DNA of 64,000 nucleotides from Plasmodiophora brassicae (Eukaryota): NCBI GenBank assembly GCA_036867785.1, contig CP145409.1, positions 372,001 to 436,000 of the forward strand, read 5' to 3'. Shown piece by piece: positions 60,642 to 64,000 of this stretch (position 1 is its first letter; each line of letters starts with the position of its first letter). The notes under the pieces were generated by a model. It saw only the letters and a program-made list of their open reading frames with translations, ran no database searches and was not told where the DNA came from. The position numbers and the translations under genes were made by a program.

Positions 60642-62315
60642 ATGAACGGCAGCCATGACGAATTGGAGGTTCGTCGCCTCTTGCAGTCGATGGTGGAGCG
60701 CGTCGTCCACGTGTCAAAGTTGCGGCGACGATCGTGGTCGCCGCCGAGTGCTTTGCGATCACGGTCGTTGCCGCCTCGGAACCCAACGCGATGGTCGTCT
60801 CCTCGGCCTCCCAAGAAAGCGACCGCCGTGATTGGTGATTATCGTCGAAGTCGTCCGCGTATTGCCCCTGTGATTCCATCGTCGTCGTCGTCATCATCGT
60901 CTCCGCGATCCGCATCTCCCTGTTCGTCAACGTCATCCTCGACGGAATCATCCCATGTCAGCATGACGCCGGTCAAACCTGTTCGATCGATGCGATCGTT
61001 GACACCATCGCGTTTCAACTCTACGAAATATTCTATGTCGTTTGCGCAGTTCCTATTCAAACAGCTGTTCGTCAGCGATTCAGTAGAAGCGTCGCGTCAT
61101 GGTCCGCCGTCCGGCAACCAGTTCGCCAAAGTCCCGCCTTCACTGGAGCGACTCATGTGAGTTCCGACTGTGTTTTAGATGTCTGTTTGCCAACTAACAC
61201 GCACTTCCAGGCTTCTGGGGTTCTTCATTTGTTTAGATGAATTTCTGTACGTGTTCACAATCTTGCCACTGCGCTTGCTTGCGTTTGCTCTGCGCGTCAC
61301 CCGATCGTCCACCGCTGACGTCCTTCGTGCGCTGCTCATATTTATTTGCTGCTCTCTACTGGCATTCTTCAACATCACGTTCAGCAGTATATATCATCTC
61401 ATTCGCGGACAGAATTTCTTCAAACTATACGTTCTGTTCAACATTCTGACGATTTTCGACAAGCTATGCTGTTCTCTCGGTGAGGATATACTCGATTCCT
61501 TGTTCTACAGCGCGCAATTGCGGTTCTTCTCTTTTAAGACGCTTCTTGATCTTATTATCGCGTCCATCTATATGGTTATTCATTCTTTGGTACTGTACCT
61601 TCAAATAGTCAGTCTAAACGTCGCAATCAATTCTAACAACTCGGCGCTGGTTTCTCTTTTAATTTCGAATAACTTCCTTGAGCTCAAATCCAATGTCTTC
61701 AAGAAGTATACCAAAGCTCAGCTTTTCCAGATTGCTTCGAGCGACATCGTGGAAAGATTCCACTTGACATTATTCATCCTTGTCATCTTGATTGCAAACG
61801 TCTCGAACCTAGTCTGGCACTCTGCCTGGAACTGGCTTGTCCAAGCCGCCCAACTTTCTATCATCCTGGTTTCGTTGGAGATCCTTGTCGATTGGATCAA
61901 GCACAGCTGTATGGTGAAATTCAACTCGTTTCCGGTTTCTGTCTACCGTCAGTTCTTCGACGTTCTCTGTGCAGATTTCGCCCATGGAACTGTCGCGTCT
62001 CGAATGCATGACGCTCCACATGCGGTATCCAGGCGCTTGGGCTTCATTTCCATCCCTATTGCATGCGTTCTGTTGCGGGGCGTGAACCAGGCAGTGTCGC
62101 TTCCTCGCTTTGCTGGTTCTCTACCTCAGCCGTTCGTTGTCGCTGTTGCCATTTTGATATTCTGCATCTTGCTCGCTCTCAAGGTTGTGATCAATTTGTC
62201 GCTTCTTGGAGTATCCGCTGCACTAGCTGTAAATCCGCCAAGTCATGTTCAAACGTATCGAACCGTTGAAAGGTATTCGGTGTTCGTTGCTGCACCAACA
62301 AATATATTTGCATGA
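60642..62315 (+). CDS. TAPT1: TAPT1/EMP65 (DUF747) ER membrane protein
   Basis: VPPSLERLM|LLGFFICLDEFLYVFTILPLR, IYHLIRGQ..KLYVLFN, LLISNNFLELKSNVFKK, DIVERF, VDWIKH...KFN; intron 61158-61210. Confidence 0.93.
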
Positions 62316-62339
62316 TTTATCGACTAACTGTCCAATTGC

Positions 62340-64000
62340 TAAACGGCATTCACTTTATTCTCTCGTATAGCAATTGGACACAGTTTGCAAATGTGTGCTA
62401 GAAACGCATCTCCAGCGTGCGCTGCCGTTGCATCGAGGTCGTCGAATCGCCAGCGTCAATCCCGCTGTCTTGTAAGGCGGGCGCAGTGGGAACGTTGGTG
62501 ACAACCAAAGAGTACAGCGGCGAAGTGTTACTGGCCCTTGCTTGATGAATCGAGATAACAGAGTTCGGGATCAAATCGCATCCTTGTCGTCAGCTTGACA
62601 GGGCCCCTGAAGCGAAATTAATGTCCCCCGCTGTTGACCAAGTCGATGTCGCCATTCCCGGTGATAACGAGTTTTCGAATCTCTGCCATGATCGCAGGCT
62701 GGGATCCCCAGCCTACAAGGTGCTGCGTGATGCCGAGGTGAAGCAACACAGCATCCAGCGGAAGCAAGCGTTCAGGAGAATACTTGAAAACGTACCTAAC
62801 ACCGGGAAAGGCGACATCGACTTGGTCAACAGCTGGGACTTTAACGGGACTGGAAAGTGCTGCACTGGATTAGTTGCCGGCCAGGTCTACAGAATGCCGG
62901 TCCACAGGAGTCGAGCAGACTCGATCAGGTACGTTGCGTCCCGCGCTTCTCTGGCTCTCTCTCTCTCTCTTCGTTCTGGAAACTGAATTCAACCACGAGT
63001 CATGACAATCCCAAATATCCGGGCATCTGGCCTGCCAGGGTATCCTCCATGGTCATGGACATCGCCTGTCGCTCCAGAGTTTCCGGGGAACCAGATGCAA
63101 CGTGAACGTTTACGGGCAAGGGTCGGTGATTGACTGGGCCGCACTGCTCCCTTTGCTGAGCGCCCCTCTTTGTGGATCGTCTGGAACCCGATTCGCAGGA
63201 ACACGTCCACTGGTCCATTTAGACGCACTTCATTGTACGCAGGCAAAGGCGCATGCATCATTACTGATCGGAAGATCGGTTCAGTAGACATCAGTGTCTG
63301 GAAACCCGCATTCGCGCAGCGTGTTCTTTTAATATTTGGGATACCAGCCGCATAGCCCCCCGTGAGGGCAAGCTGCTCAGACTTTTGATCACAGGTTAGC
63401 TCGCATCTTTACGAGCGGCTGGAGAAGCGTGCCCGCAAGGAGAACGTACAACAGCGCCACCAGAAGGACCAGACGGGGACAATCACTATCCATGTCAGGT
63501 TTAAGATTAAAATCGAACCGACCGTCTGACGTTACTCCAATCCAGTTGTGCCTACCTAGTAGCCGCCTATCTCAGGCTGAGACCCGTCAATCCAATACTA
63601 GTTTAACGTCAGACGGCTTGTCCCACAACGTTGGCTAAGCATGACTATGTTTGATGGAAAACAATCGAGGCGCGGTACAATCTGTCAGGTCTGCCTTCGC
63701 GCTTGTCAGCGAGGTCGGGTAGACCGGTGCGACTTTTCGCGAATACTCCCGAACAGAGTAGTAGTACCTGGCGGATACAAGTAGTGGACTAACAGTCGTT
63801 TCCAGGGAAACAGTCGATCCCAGTTCCGCTCGTCCTGCTGACGATGCTGCATTGAGAGTTCGCGGATCGGCGCGGATCAACAACCGTCGATCAGGCCAGA
63901 GGTAACGTTTTTTGGATTCCCCCTCGACCGGCGTGAGACGCAGGCGCCGCGGTCATTTTGCCTGGCGTGAATTTTCTACAGCGGCAGGTCGACGCGCGGA
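62340..64000 (-). CDS. Hypothetical multi-exon gene, 5' end probably outside the window
   Basis: Several open minus-strand segments separated by intron-like stretches; no recognised motif. Confidence 0.3.

Overview
Gene-dense eukaryotic DNA: GC-rich, introns mostly 50-60 nt (GT-AG, CTRAY-like branch points), intergenic gaps often under 200 bp. The style fits a compact protist genome such as a phytomyxid rhizarian (Plasmodiophora-like); that is an inference, not proven. About 27 genes can be outlined. Recognisable ones: DEG15/TYSND1 protease, ALG11, a MEI4-like gene, SF3A1, LSM11, METTL16, LRRC40, UBR7, RAD9, a kelch protein, a DAO-family oxidoreductase, kinesin-14, 37-aa helical-repeat and PPR proteins, ZNF706, actin, URM1, TVP38, a glutaredoxin-like gene, an F-box/LRR gene, a DENN protein and TAPT1. 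The most striking item is a six-exon minus-strand gene (8026->1891, about 1952 aa by manual splicing) joining two membrane-flanked dCache-like sensor domains to a complete two-pore-channel (TPC)-like module, a candidate one-polypeptide ligand-sensing channel. Also notable: a DUF229 + Xylo_C-like fusion, two paralogous tandem-SMP-like genes, a G-U-rich 40-bp long-range stem element, a clean non-autonomous hAT element with an 8-bp TSD, and a ~420-bp foldback in a decayed transposon patch. Family calls come from motif recognition by eye; no database searches were run.
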